Below, one piece after another: positions 33,401 through 45,200 of a DNA stretch of 64,000 bases (positions are counted from its first letter, which is position 1; each line of letters begins with the position of its first letter). The stretch is taken from assembly GCF_040938485.1 (NCBI RefSeq), contig NW_027272205.1, forward strand, positions 186,001 to 250,000, written 5' to 3'. Origin of the DNA: Diadema antillarum (lineage: Eukaryota). The position numbers were made by a program, and so were the translations under genes. The notes beneath the pieces were generated by a model. That model saw nothing but the letters and a program-made list of their open reading frames with translations. It was not told where the DNA came from and searched no databases.

Positions 33401-34571
33401 TTTTAGATCTTGCAAAATCAATGAATACAAAAAATAAAATCTACTGAATTTGAAAGACCTTAATGATTGATGAACATCCATGGCATTAGTTGATACCTAA
33501 ATCAAGGAGTAAGATAAAGAGGCACATTTCTTTTATCCATGTCATGTCCACCTAACTGCGGAATTGCCCTGATACATACTTCTGCTGTATCGCTGTAGTA
33601 ATATGGGTAACACCGTACACTACACCTGTGCAGAAAGGTAGAAACCAGAAAAATGTTCAATCTATCGTTTTATAAACAGCTTGCTGGATTTATACTGTTT
33701 GCATACATGTGACTGTCTTCTCAAGCAAACCACAAGAGCCTGTCTACCTGTGTGTGTGTGTGTGTGTGTCTGTCTGTCTGTCTGTCTGTCTGTCTAGCTG
33801 GCTGGCTGACAGTCTGTTTGTGTGTCCGTGTGTGTTCACTTTGTGAACACATTTAAAGTGACTGTGTATATTTCATTAGTATCATAATCAAATGGAAACT
33901 ACTAAAAATTGCTGAGGAATGTGTATTTGTGTTTTATAGGCCACTTAACCAGGGTTTTATTGTTATTTTCTTTGTCTGTTGGGAAAAGTGAAGTAGATGA
34001 CTCTGTAACCTGCAATTGGGGCTTATTTGTCGCTGTCTTTAGTAGTATGCACAATCATGTAGCAACCTATGGGCATTTCTGTGTTAATGAGATTTTGCTA
34101 CAACGAGTAATTGAAGAACAAGTGATGACAGACAGTAAGAACTGATAGCTTCGAGTATCTCATCATGACAGGGGTTTACCTGTAAGTGCCATAATCCCCT
34201 GAACGTTGACAGGATTATCATTGCCAACTGTTGGCAGAGGAAAAGTCAGGGTAGATGTTATTGCCTGTGCTATTGTCTCCTCGAACAAATCTGAGAACCA
34301 TGACCCCCTTGATGACTACTGTATGCACCCATAGATCTCCCTCTTCCCCGGCGATGGCTCGTTAAAGAGGATGCGCGCCCGTCACTTGACGGTCTGCGAT
34401 CACCTACAGGTGGAGGAAGGGAACATCACCGACACCCTGATGGCTTGCCTTGCTGACCTGGACGCTGCCATGGAGGATGCCTTCAGACCGATGACCAACA
34501 CGGGCTGGGGGTATGGTGGGGTGATCGCCATCCTAGCCATGCTCTTCTTTCATTACTGGATCAAGTATTGA
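30476..34571 (+). CDS. Single-pass membrane protein with TPM domain, MOLO-1-like, 219 aa
   Basis: Exons 30476-30638, 31341-31488, 32256-32367 and 34335-34571 all have GT-AG sites and join in phase (660 nt). Features are an N-terminal signal peptide, the motif FLCDPDNIL, the segment RFGEAVQKDWFGHRKCDNSTLVLL (TPM-type W...CDN..L.L pattern) and a C-terminal hydrophobic helix GVIAILAMLFFHYWI. Confidence 0.8.
32795..33569. mobile_element. MITE with GGGC termini (possibly PIF/Harbinger-type)
   Basis: GGGCAATTCCGCGGTTA at the left and TAACTGCGGAATTGCCC at the right (16/17); internal repeated GGTTAGTAACGTTAC; TSD register ambiguous (TGA/GAT). Confidence 0.65.
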
Positions 34572-35547
34572 GCAGGTCACCCATGCCTTCCCTCCTCCTC
34601 CAGATTTTTTGCTCAAACACCAACTCAACCCCAGAGTTAGAGAAAAGAGAAAAATAGACACTGGACTGATATAGGAAGATACAAAATGGAAAACTATAAA
34701 CAAGAGAGTGTCTTAGTGCAGATGAAATGAATGCATGTACATCTTTAGAATCACAACTTACAAAAACTTAAAAAAGAGAAATTCAATATTTTCATGTTTT
34801 TATGGGTGACTGGATGGAGTATGACGATTCCAACCAAGAAAGGTAATACTGCCCCCCCCCCCCCAAAAAAAAAAGGGAGATATCTGGTGCTGTTTCACAG
34901 GCAGCCATTGGAGGTTATGAAGAATTCAGATGATACGAGATTACATGTATCTCGTTTTTGTTACCAGGTGGGGAGTGGCATTAAAACGCCGTGTGGCATC
35001 TACAATTGCCACTTTGGGATATTATACAGAGCATCATTAAAGTTCATGTGCTCAGTCATGCATGACATTTGTCAACATAATGCAGCATCAATGGAAAGAG
35101 GAAGAGTTCTTCTTTCCTCACAACCGAAATTACACTCTCTATAGATGACAATTATGAAATGGTAGCCCTCCAAAATTGGATTACCTTTTTTTTTTGATAC
35201 ACTCTGTAGAATGATGAGTTTCCAACAGTCAATCCTTGATGTGGTATGTGTTAGTTGCCCAGCAGCCCTCACAAACAAATTTGATGCCATGTAAGAGAAT
35301 GCAGTGGTTGTGGAAGGTATGAGTCAACCAACTTGAAATATTGGATTGCCGTTTTGTTGGCATCAACTTCTTTCTCTGTAGCTATTCTGAGGGGATAAAC
35401 ATATTTGACAAATGTTTATGTCTCAATTTTGGACTTCTTTAGAATTCTTTCATCAATCACCTTTTCATTTCTTTTTAACTTGTCATGCTATTAGTATTTT
35501 TCTGTCTTTTTCCCAAACTTACCCCACCATCTTCATTCTTGGTAGAG

Positions 35548-35764
35548 ATCAAAGACGCTTAACCAAGACAGGAAATTGCGCGCTAATCCTGTACAAAACA
35601 AATGGACAGCGCGCGGTCCTCATGCGTATTACGCACATCACCTGAGACCACTAAAAGATGCTTGATAAACAACAACAACAACTTCAAAGACAGCACGTCT
35701 CAGGTGATGTGCATCTTTGCCTGAGATGCGCTGTCTTTGAAGTTGTTTATCAAGCGTCTTTGAT
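35548..35764. mobile_element. Small foldback/MITE-like element
   Basis: 13-bp TIR ATCAAAGACGCTT / AAGCGTCTTTGAT plus an internal long hairpin at about 35654-35762. Confidence 0.6.
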
Positions 35765-38757
35765 TGTTTTTAGATCATGTTGTTGCCAAATTTTTACCTC
35801 CACGAAATAATCCTTATTACTTTAAAATCTAGTTCTTCAAAATAATCCCCTTAATCAGAAAAAAAGCTACGACTATAAGATTTAAATCTTTTTAAGATAA
35901 TAAAAATACCACTACCTTTGGAAATGAATGATGTTTCTAGGTGTACTGAGTTTGTACTTAGCTCTCTTTTGTATAGTCATGTAAGGTAGCCATTTTGTTT
36001 CCATTATTATCACGCGCCTTCCTAGCTTCCTCTACTCTCTATTATCTTTGGTAGAGGGCTTCTTGCCGCTAACCTTCAGTATTTAGAGCACAATGAAGCC
36101 ACTCATGTAACCAAACTCAACGTATACATGTACATAGTCAATGCTGTGAAAGCTTCATTGATTTATAAAGGTGCATTGTGGCATACATGTCTGTGTGATA
36201 GAATTAAAAGGACAAGTGCAATCATGAAAACTTCTAGATAAAAGTACAACAATAAAAAGAAATAATGCATGAAGATATGTGTGACAAGAGATTTCTATCA
36301 TTATAAACCTGAATTATTCTTAGGTTTTAAGAACAAAGAGGGTAGTTGAGCTTTAACATGTTCACAATTAGCAAAAGTTTAAGTCTATCTGTATGCATAT
36401 ACAGTCAATTTCACCTAATGTCAATCTTTCCCAGGTTGAAAAATTGGCTAATTTGAATTAAAATTATACTGGGATGGATATAAACATGTGTATGTAAGTC
36501 GAAGTTCATGTAAGTCAAAAGATTTCCTAGGGTCTGTTGGATTCGACTTAGTTGAGGTCGACTGTATTTGAATCTACATATTTTTCTGCCTTCTATGAAT
36601 TCTCTGTGTATCTCCATGATGAAATTTGAAATTTCTAGAGTTTCTGATGATTTGCAGGAAACATTTAAGGTGCAAAATTTTGTTTTCCAATTCTGGTGCC
36701 CAAGCTCTGATGCACCATTGAATGTGAACAAGAAGATACTATTTTTGTATGAAATGATTTTGATATAATACATAAATGTAATGGTAAATACCTTGTCTGC
36801 TCAGATGGTCATCTGCCATGGACAAAAATTATGACAGTCATTGATAATTGCAGAAATAATGGGGCTAGTCTGCAGTGGTATGTAATTGAAGTCATTCAGC
36901 TATGATTGATCAAGATTTTTGTTGTCTGTTGAAGTAGTCTGTGAAGAGAAGGCAAAGTACATGTATGAATCACATTTCAGTCATGTTATCAACCACACTA
37001 CATGATATACAATGTATTTTGATTATTTAGATTTAAAAAATGACATGAAATGAATGCAGCTGTACTTAGCTAGAGAAATGTCTTTAGGGTTCTTCACATG
37101 TCTGTGGTGATATCTTTTCATGAAATACCATTTGGGATGTGGTTTCCTTCCTCTTTTTTTCTTCACATGTTCTGAAATATACTCTAGTCTTGTTTTTGTG
37201 TCAAATGTAAAGTAAAGGTATTTATCAATCATGTTGCACAGTTAGTGGATGATGATGTTCTAGTCTTGTGATGGGGAGATTTTCACATTTACAGTCTTAA
37301 ACTGTAAACCAAATTAAGTATTTTGTCTTTCCTAGGTGAATTTCCATCCAATCCTCACTTTATAGTGCCTTGTTTTCTAAACAAAGAAAAATAAATGCTC
37401 TGCATCATAATTGATATTTAGAAAATGTATAACCAATTTCTGACCAAGATGGCGGAACAGATTTGAGCATTGCTGACCTAATTGAAAGAAAAGAAACCTA
37501 ACCGATTACAACTATTAAATATATAATTTTATGTTATTAGGTACATGTGGTCTTGAACATGCTGTTATTACATTTTATAATGATGTTTTTATTTGCTCAT
37601 TGTTGTTTTATAAAAACTTTACCTTTCTGGGAGCATATTCCTATTTCCTCTCATTCATTCACTCATTTTGAAAACTTTCTTTGTTTTGAAGTAATTATGT
37701 TGTTGGAAAGGTCCCCAAGAATATTGGGTGGATGCATGCCTGCAGATGAAATTGATACCCAAACATTGTTGTTAGTCATAGATTGTTTGTTCATTTGTTT
37801 TGGTTTTTTTAATGAAAGTATTTGATGATTACAAGAATAATCAGATTGTACCTTGTTTATTGCTTCATTTTTTAATGATCAATATTCTATTATAAGAATT
37901 TCTATATTGTCAGTCAATAATCTAATACTGAACTGCTGTCATCATCATTATGCCATTATCAAAATTATTATATCATCATTTTTGAAAAGGTGAAGTTATT
38001 CATCCATTTATTTTATGGCTTACCACCCTTTTTTGCTCTCATTTTAAAAGCATGCATGTGAGTACATAGCTAACTTACTGCCATTGAGTATGCATGGATT
38101 TTGTTGTGTGTAGCATAGATATATGGCTTTCATCTGCCGAAGGAATATTTAGTCAGAAAAGCTGTTATTACTCGAGAAATGTGGTGTCTGCATGATACAT
38201 GGTGTTCAAAGTTCTACAGTGTAGTTTAGTTATAACCATCCTTTTGCAAAATGCAAAGGGCTTGTTGACTACTTTCATTTTCAGAGTGGCTTACTAGTAG
38301 TGTCTGTTTTGAAAGTATCCACCAACAACCTCAATTCCAACTCCTGGTTCTAACTTTTAAATTCCCAATTTTTACTAAATCTCTTCATATGCAAGATGGT
38401 AAAGAGTGTTGTCATACATTATTGACATGTGTAAAGTATCAGATCAAACTGTTGACCGAATGAACGGTCTGTATCGTGTCGTTGGGGATATGTTCTGCAG
38501 AGACTACATATGGCTTCACATAATCCCCTCCTATACGGAGGAGGGCCGTAAGGTAAATAAAACAAACAACAAAACTAAACAAAAAAGTTAAAAAAACTCC
38601 TCCATACAGACAGATTTTTCCGTCTAATCAGACTGCTACTGAATCATAAAAGGAAGAGAAAATACAAAGAGACTTTTGCATGTTTAAAATCTGATTTATT
38701 TGTCATATTTACTTTTGTACAGGCCTATGTCGAAGGTCTTCCAGTCACAAAGGAAAA

Positions 38758-38968
38758 TACTGTAAAACAAGGAATTTTCGCGTGCATTTTAATTTCGCGA
38801 ATTTTGCGAGCGCCAAGATTCGCGAAATTAAAATGCACGCGAAAGTTCTTGTCTACACTATATGCATTGAATGCCAGTGGCAGTTCGCGAAAATTTCATG
38901 CCGCAAAAAAGGCCGTCGGCTCCAATTCGCGAAAAATTCATGCCGCGAATATATCATGTTTTACAGTA
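38758..38968. mobile_element. MITE with TA target duplication (Tc1/mariner-type)
   Basis: TACTGTAAAACA at the left and TGTTTTACAGTA at the right; internal TTCGCGAA repeats; related to 2793-2988. Confidence 0.75.
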
Positions 38969-39773
38969 TTCGTTTTTCCCCTCATGACAGAATTTGAAGT
39001 TTGGCAAACCACTATCATCTGTTTACAGGTTTCCTTGTCTCAAGGTTCTGTGTATACAAAATTCAGAAAGGTATGCTACCAAATGTTATGCATAGGCTCC
39101 TGCTGCATTGGAGAGACCTCGATGTGAATTTATATTAGTTCGTTTCACCAGTGTGACTATGATGATATCTTTGTTCAAAATTTTGGCCATGTTTATCTAC
39201 CAAGATATTTGAAAACTAAATTTATTTTTCCTTGAGCACACACATGATAAGTGTACAAGCGGACTTCCGGTTCAGCTCCAAACTGAGAATTGATGTTTTG
39301 TCATTCCTTGAATATTTTGTGTCATTAACTTTGTCAGTATTTGTTTCATTCCATTGCAATATTGAATGAGAGGTTTATAAAATTCACATGTGGCCATTAT
39401 AGATATTTACCCGATATGGAAGAAAATACATTTATTTCAAAGTTACTCTGTATTTGGCGCTTTGTGTTGTCATTGTGAGCATGTGTATTGCCCATTGCTT
39501 TGTATGAAGGATTTTGAATAGTGTGTATGTGTGTGTATTTATATATATATATACTTTTGTATATATATACAGGGCTGGACATAAGCTTTTTAACCATTTT
39601 GGTACACTGTCAGAATGAGGCAAGACACCAAGCCGTGCAGACACATCTACGGCTGTGAACAAGGCCTAAGGCTGAAAGCTCGGAAATAAAGTGCGGTTGG
39701 CTAAAGCTACGTCACTGGATGATCATTCCTTGATTCGTACACACAAATATAAATATACAATACATACATATAC

Positions 39774-39776
<3 letters not shown>

Positions 39777-39834
<58 letters not shown>
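39777..39834. repeat. (AT)n microsatellite
   Basis: Near-pure AT run. Confidence 0.9.
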
Positions 39835-41934
39835 GTGTGTGTTTTACACTAAAGAGAGAAAGAGAGACCTAAAACAGACCAGAGCTATGTGAAAATATGA
39901 TATATATACATTGCACAAGTACATGTACAATGTTATCATGCTACATCTTTTACCGATTTAAATAGTTGCCATTCAGGGAAGAAATGAACATAACCAAGCA
40001 AACGTCAAAATTGAGTAAATTTATTCAAGAAAAATACACTTACATTAGTGTACAAATGTGAACTATGACAAGAAGATACGTATACTGTACAGAAATTTCA
40101 CACATCTCTCATTCCTTTTTTGCTTTGAGCAAAAATAGATTTTGTACAAACATGACAGCAATTATAATTCAAAATTTCATAGTTAATACATCTAGGCCTA
40201 CACAATATAATTCCAGATTACAAGTGCCACAATCTACACACCGGGTTGCTAAATTTCCTTTTCTCTCCTATTTTTGCCCACTCTTTGAATGTGGACAGAT
40301 AAGACACAATCCATTTACACTGCACTCCATTTTTTAATTCGCCTTCTATCATTTTTTAAGTTTCATGTTTTTCAGTTTCCTGTTTTTTTCCCCAAAGATA
40401 GACCACAGTCACAATCAGACTAAGCTAAACTATGCCGGAATATTTCTTGATAACTTCTTGTAGATTGAGTGTGCAGTCACTCTACTAGCAAAAACTATGC
40501 TTAGTTCGAGCGACAAGAAACTACCCATTGTTTTTGTGTCTAACCCCCATGCTCCACATGGGCAAACATTGCAGGCCCTCCTCAAATATAACAAATGCAA
40601 ACATGCAACAGCTTGCAAAAAAAAAAAACAAAAAAAATGTGTAATGTAAGGAAACAACATGGAATGGATCTAATCACACACTAACTTTTTTTTAAAGTTT
40701 CAGCTACAGTTGTATGCTTGGTCACACTACAATTTTGCGAGAAGAAGAAACTTCCCAAGGAAGTGCATGCGGAAGTGTCTCTGCTTAAACATAACTTCCT
40801 GAGAAGTCTGCTGTCACACTGCTCAAACTACGCAAAGCAAAATACTGGGGAGTGAAACTATACAAAATCTTAGTTTCACATAGTCTGCACTGGCCTATTA
40901 TTGTCAAGTATACTTGTACACACACACTACCGTAAACATGTTTCCCTACAAGAACGCTGCACAGTACACATTCAGAATACTGATAATCCTCCACACAGTC
41001 TTGCAAGAAATGACATCACTTTTTCAAGCTCGCACGGCTGATCTAACAGTTTTTGCCGACAAACATCTGAAGGCTTTTTAATTTTCATGGTAGCATAACG
41101 GGATTAATTGCAAGTACTCCATATGCTCATTATTACATTGCCAGGAAACTCTTGTATTCTTTTTTTTTTTTTTTCATGATCAAGTTGGGCAAGTCTAACA
41201 CTCACATTCTCTTATTGAGACACCCAGGCAAACAACATCCACAAACATGACAAGAAGATAGAACGTAATCATTGAATACTGAACTTGGAGGAAAGAAATT
41301 CACCTTCAGGAATGCAGCATTTTGTCTGCCTTCTAAATACATGCTACCGTAACACTGTGCATGATGATGTGTGGGGACATGCGCGAATAATCCAGGAAAT
41401 ATAAACTTTGCCATCATATTTCGTTCCATGACGTACTTGTGTTTACACTTTCAAAATGTTTGCTGTGGTTTCAGTCTGGTGCATTACTGAAAAGCTACCA
41501 ATCTACATACTCCTCCAATATTCACTAGTGGGAACAGTATGTCCCAGTAAATCATGACAAATGTTGGGCCTTCATTGTCTAATAATAGGACAGCCAACCT
41601 TGAGGCAACGAAGTCAGGGAGGTTTGAAAGGGGAATCAAGAGATAACTGTTTGTTACACATTCAATTATTATGCATAAGGCAGCTATGACTCCCATACTA
41701 GAAGGCTCCTATATTCCTCTTGAAGAAATTGTCTACTTTGCTGCCAACAAAGTTAGGATGACTTGGCAAGTCTGCTAAATACTGATCATAGTGAATGAGG
41801 CATGATGGCTTAGAAACCTCACAACCATGCCAGTAAAGACTGGACCAGGATGACGAATGGACGTAAAGTCCACTTGACCAAATGCTCTCAGAACTTCAAA
41901 GAAATCCAACATTACCCTAGTCTGAAGTTAGCAG

Positions 41935-42190
41935 AATATGAGGAGTTTACTTGCAAAAGGGGTTAGATCCACTTTTAGTACTTTAGAGAAAAACTGGTTT
42001 GTTTGTAAGAATTTGTACACAAGTGTATGGAAGATCAAAATTTAATTTTGCTATAATTTCTATTCAAATGTTTGTCTGGATTTGAAATTTTCACTGTAGC
42101 TAACTCAAATGCAATTCTGTGCAAAGATGCTAATAACTCAATTTTCGTCAAAAAGGGATCTAACCCCTTTTGCACATGAGCTCTTCATAT
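41935..42190. mobile_element. MITE just downstream of the ATAD5 stop codon
   Basis: Perfect 18-bp inverted core GCAAAAGGGGTTAGATCC (41953-41970) and GGATCTAACCCCTTTTGC (42156-42173), with imperfect outer extension ATATGA(G/A)GAG. Confidence 0.7.
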
Positions 42191-42260
42191 ATTGAAAGTG
42201 TAATGCCATACAAGTATGCCTGCTGACTTATGAGAAGAGAGGTGGTGCGGCAAGAACAAA

Positions 42261-45200
42261 TCAAGACGATGGGGGACAACCGTCTGTGGAGAAAGTGCTG
42301 GCTAGGCCGAGGTAGGTTGCCGGTCTCAGGCCCAAAGAGATGGCGTCCAGGTAGTGGAAGAATCTGTGCGCAGGTCAGGAAGGAAAAAGAAAATGCAATA
42401 AAATGTGGCAGCTATACAGGCATACCGATTCAGAGAATGCATTGGCGATACAGAAGTTCATGTATAAATGCCATATTTTCCTGCCAGACTCTCTTTCATC
42501 ATTTCATCATATGAACATACTTTCTTATGTCAAATATAATTTGAAGATGTCAGATTTCAGTAGGAAACGATGGACAACTGAAAAAAATGCATCTTACTTA
42601 CAGGATTAAGATGGGTCACTAAAACTTTAATTCACGTTCAAATTTGATCAAAGACTAAATAAAAACCCCATCAAATTGTTATCTAAATCTTGAATTTCTA
42701 TACTTCTGCCGGGGGGGTAGACTGACTTGTGAGATTAAATTGCCACTAGCATTTGGGTAATGCCAGTAAAGAGCTCTTTGCTTGATGTAGAGCACATTGC
42801 AGGTTTCTGTATCCATGGACCAGCCTGGTCCGAAGCCTGTGGAATGGGTACAGGTGCAACCCTCCCCACCCTCCCAATACTCGTACTCTGCTGGTCTCTC
42901 GAAGATTAAATAATTGCGCTGAAATTAAAGTGACTATTCACCGAGCTTGAGTGATTTTCTTCAAAATTCGGTCGATGACGTCTCATCAAAGAAGTTACCT
43001 CAGTATATATTTATTCATACTGTAGTGGCTCGATTAGCCGCTCATTATTTTATGTGTAGCAACCCTGTGTAATGGCTAGTTTGATTTGTCACTGTTTCAC
43101 TATTGAATATAAGATTTCCCCAGCCTTTCATAGCTAGTGGAAATTTCCATGCATGTAGCTCCATGACCTTGCAATCTAGTTCAGACCGGTTCACTGTCAT
43201 GCCGTGTCGCAATAATGTAGCACACGTTACGTAGATTTAATATTCATGATATAGTGTTAATCCAATCACTGTAGATTTTTAGTGCGTATTAAGTGCGTAA
43301 TTATTATCATTAACGCTACTTTTGACCAATCACGACTTCTATTCGCGCGTCACCCATCGCACGTGTGAGATGTCACACGATCCTTCGCGGCATCCACACT
43401 CCCGCTTCAACCACCGTTGAGGAACGACCTCCGGATCTGTCCTGCGGTAGAGTCACCCTCCACCTTAGAACTGTGTTTTATGGGCCCGCTGGCTGTTTAA
43501 AGTTTCTATCCGGCCGCTGTCCTCTCTGCGCACCGTACCAGAGATCCGGGGATGGAGCTTCGCAGTTTTGTTGCCTCCGACACAGAACTTTTATTAGTCG
43601 TCCTCCGACACGTTTCATTTGATATTGTCGAGTGACCGCACACCAGACATCGCTCCCGCCATGGACGACCCGCTGTCCGGCTGAGCACCATCATCTATGT
43701 CTACATCGTTCCAGGCGACTCACTGTCCTGTCGAACTGTTTTCTTTAGCCTCCTGCCGACGCCCGACTCACCGCCCTGGTAGAGAGCTGCACTCCATCTC
43801 AACCTCCGTTTGGCTCTTCAGCCCCGTACGACGGAGTGTCGCACCAAGTCTCCGAACGATCCCCGCATCGAGCTCTTCATCGCATCGCGTCCGCTCAGCT
43901 CCGCAGGATCCCGTTCGTCGAGCCCCCTTTTCTGTCACCGTTCCAGTTCTTCATTTTGGTCTTCTGCTACAGCGATTCGCTTACCTTCACCAGTCGGCAC
44001 GATAAAATCGCTCAGTTAAATGGACCATGGACTGTGGACACTAATCCGCCAAACACTTGTTTGTATCTGGACTTCATGTGTGTACGCTGACTTTCATTTA
44101 GTTGGTATGTCCCCATTTTTATATTGATTGTGTATTGTACTCTGTAGCGCTACATAATACTACATTCTACATCATGCATGTCGTACGTGTGAACTTTCAC
44201 ATTTCTCGATTTTGAGTGTTTTACGATGTCAAATTACACTCTTCTGACTGGTGCAATATTTTGTTTTGAACATACCTACCAGAGCTATATATTTTGTAAT
44301 AAAAACAGAAAAGGGAATACTTGACTCATTTCAATCATTTGTGTGAACTGCTCTCCAGGTGGATCATAAAGTTAAAAAAGGGAGATTGATTGAGCACGCC
44401 TTTTGATTTGTTCGTGTGAATGAAACTGTAATGTTATGTTAACCTTTTGACCTTCATTATTACAACACACACTCTATTACTTAAGGGTTACACATAAAAC
44501 CCTTAATCTTATAAATCAATTTTCCCCACATTGGTGACCCCGACGTGATCTACCTGGAGGGAAGGCTTAGTCTAAATTCCCTTATCATTTGAGTCTTATG
44601 ATGGTACCTTGGTTTAACTCTTTTTATCGTTTCTCATACGTAATTTTATTACGGATTCGAATCTGGTGGGGGACTGCTGTAGTGGCTCGATTAGCCGCTC
44701 AGTATTTTATGTGTAGCAACCCTGTGTAATGGCTAGTTTGATTTGTCACTGTTTCACTATTGAATATAAGATTTCCCCAGCCTTTCATAGCTAGTGGAAA
44801 TTTCCATGCATGTAGCTCCATGACCTTGCAATCTAGTTCAGACCGGTTCACTGTCATGCCGTGTCGCAATAATGTAGCACACGTTACGTAGATTTAATAT
44901 TCATGATATAGTGTTAATCCAATCACTGTAGATTTTTAGTGCGTATTAAGTGCGTAATTATTATCATTAATGCTACTTTTGACCAATCACGACTTCTATT
45001 CGCGCGTCACCCATCGCACGTGTGAGATGTCACACGATCCTTCGCGGCATCTACACTCTATTACTTAAGGGTTACACATAAAACCCTTAATCTTATAAAT
45101 CAATTTTCCCCACAATACCATTAAAATATCAAACTCGAGGAGATTTTTACTTTCAGATATGAAATGGAAGAAATGACCACATTTGCAGACAGCCTCTAGA

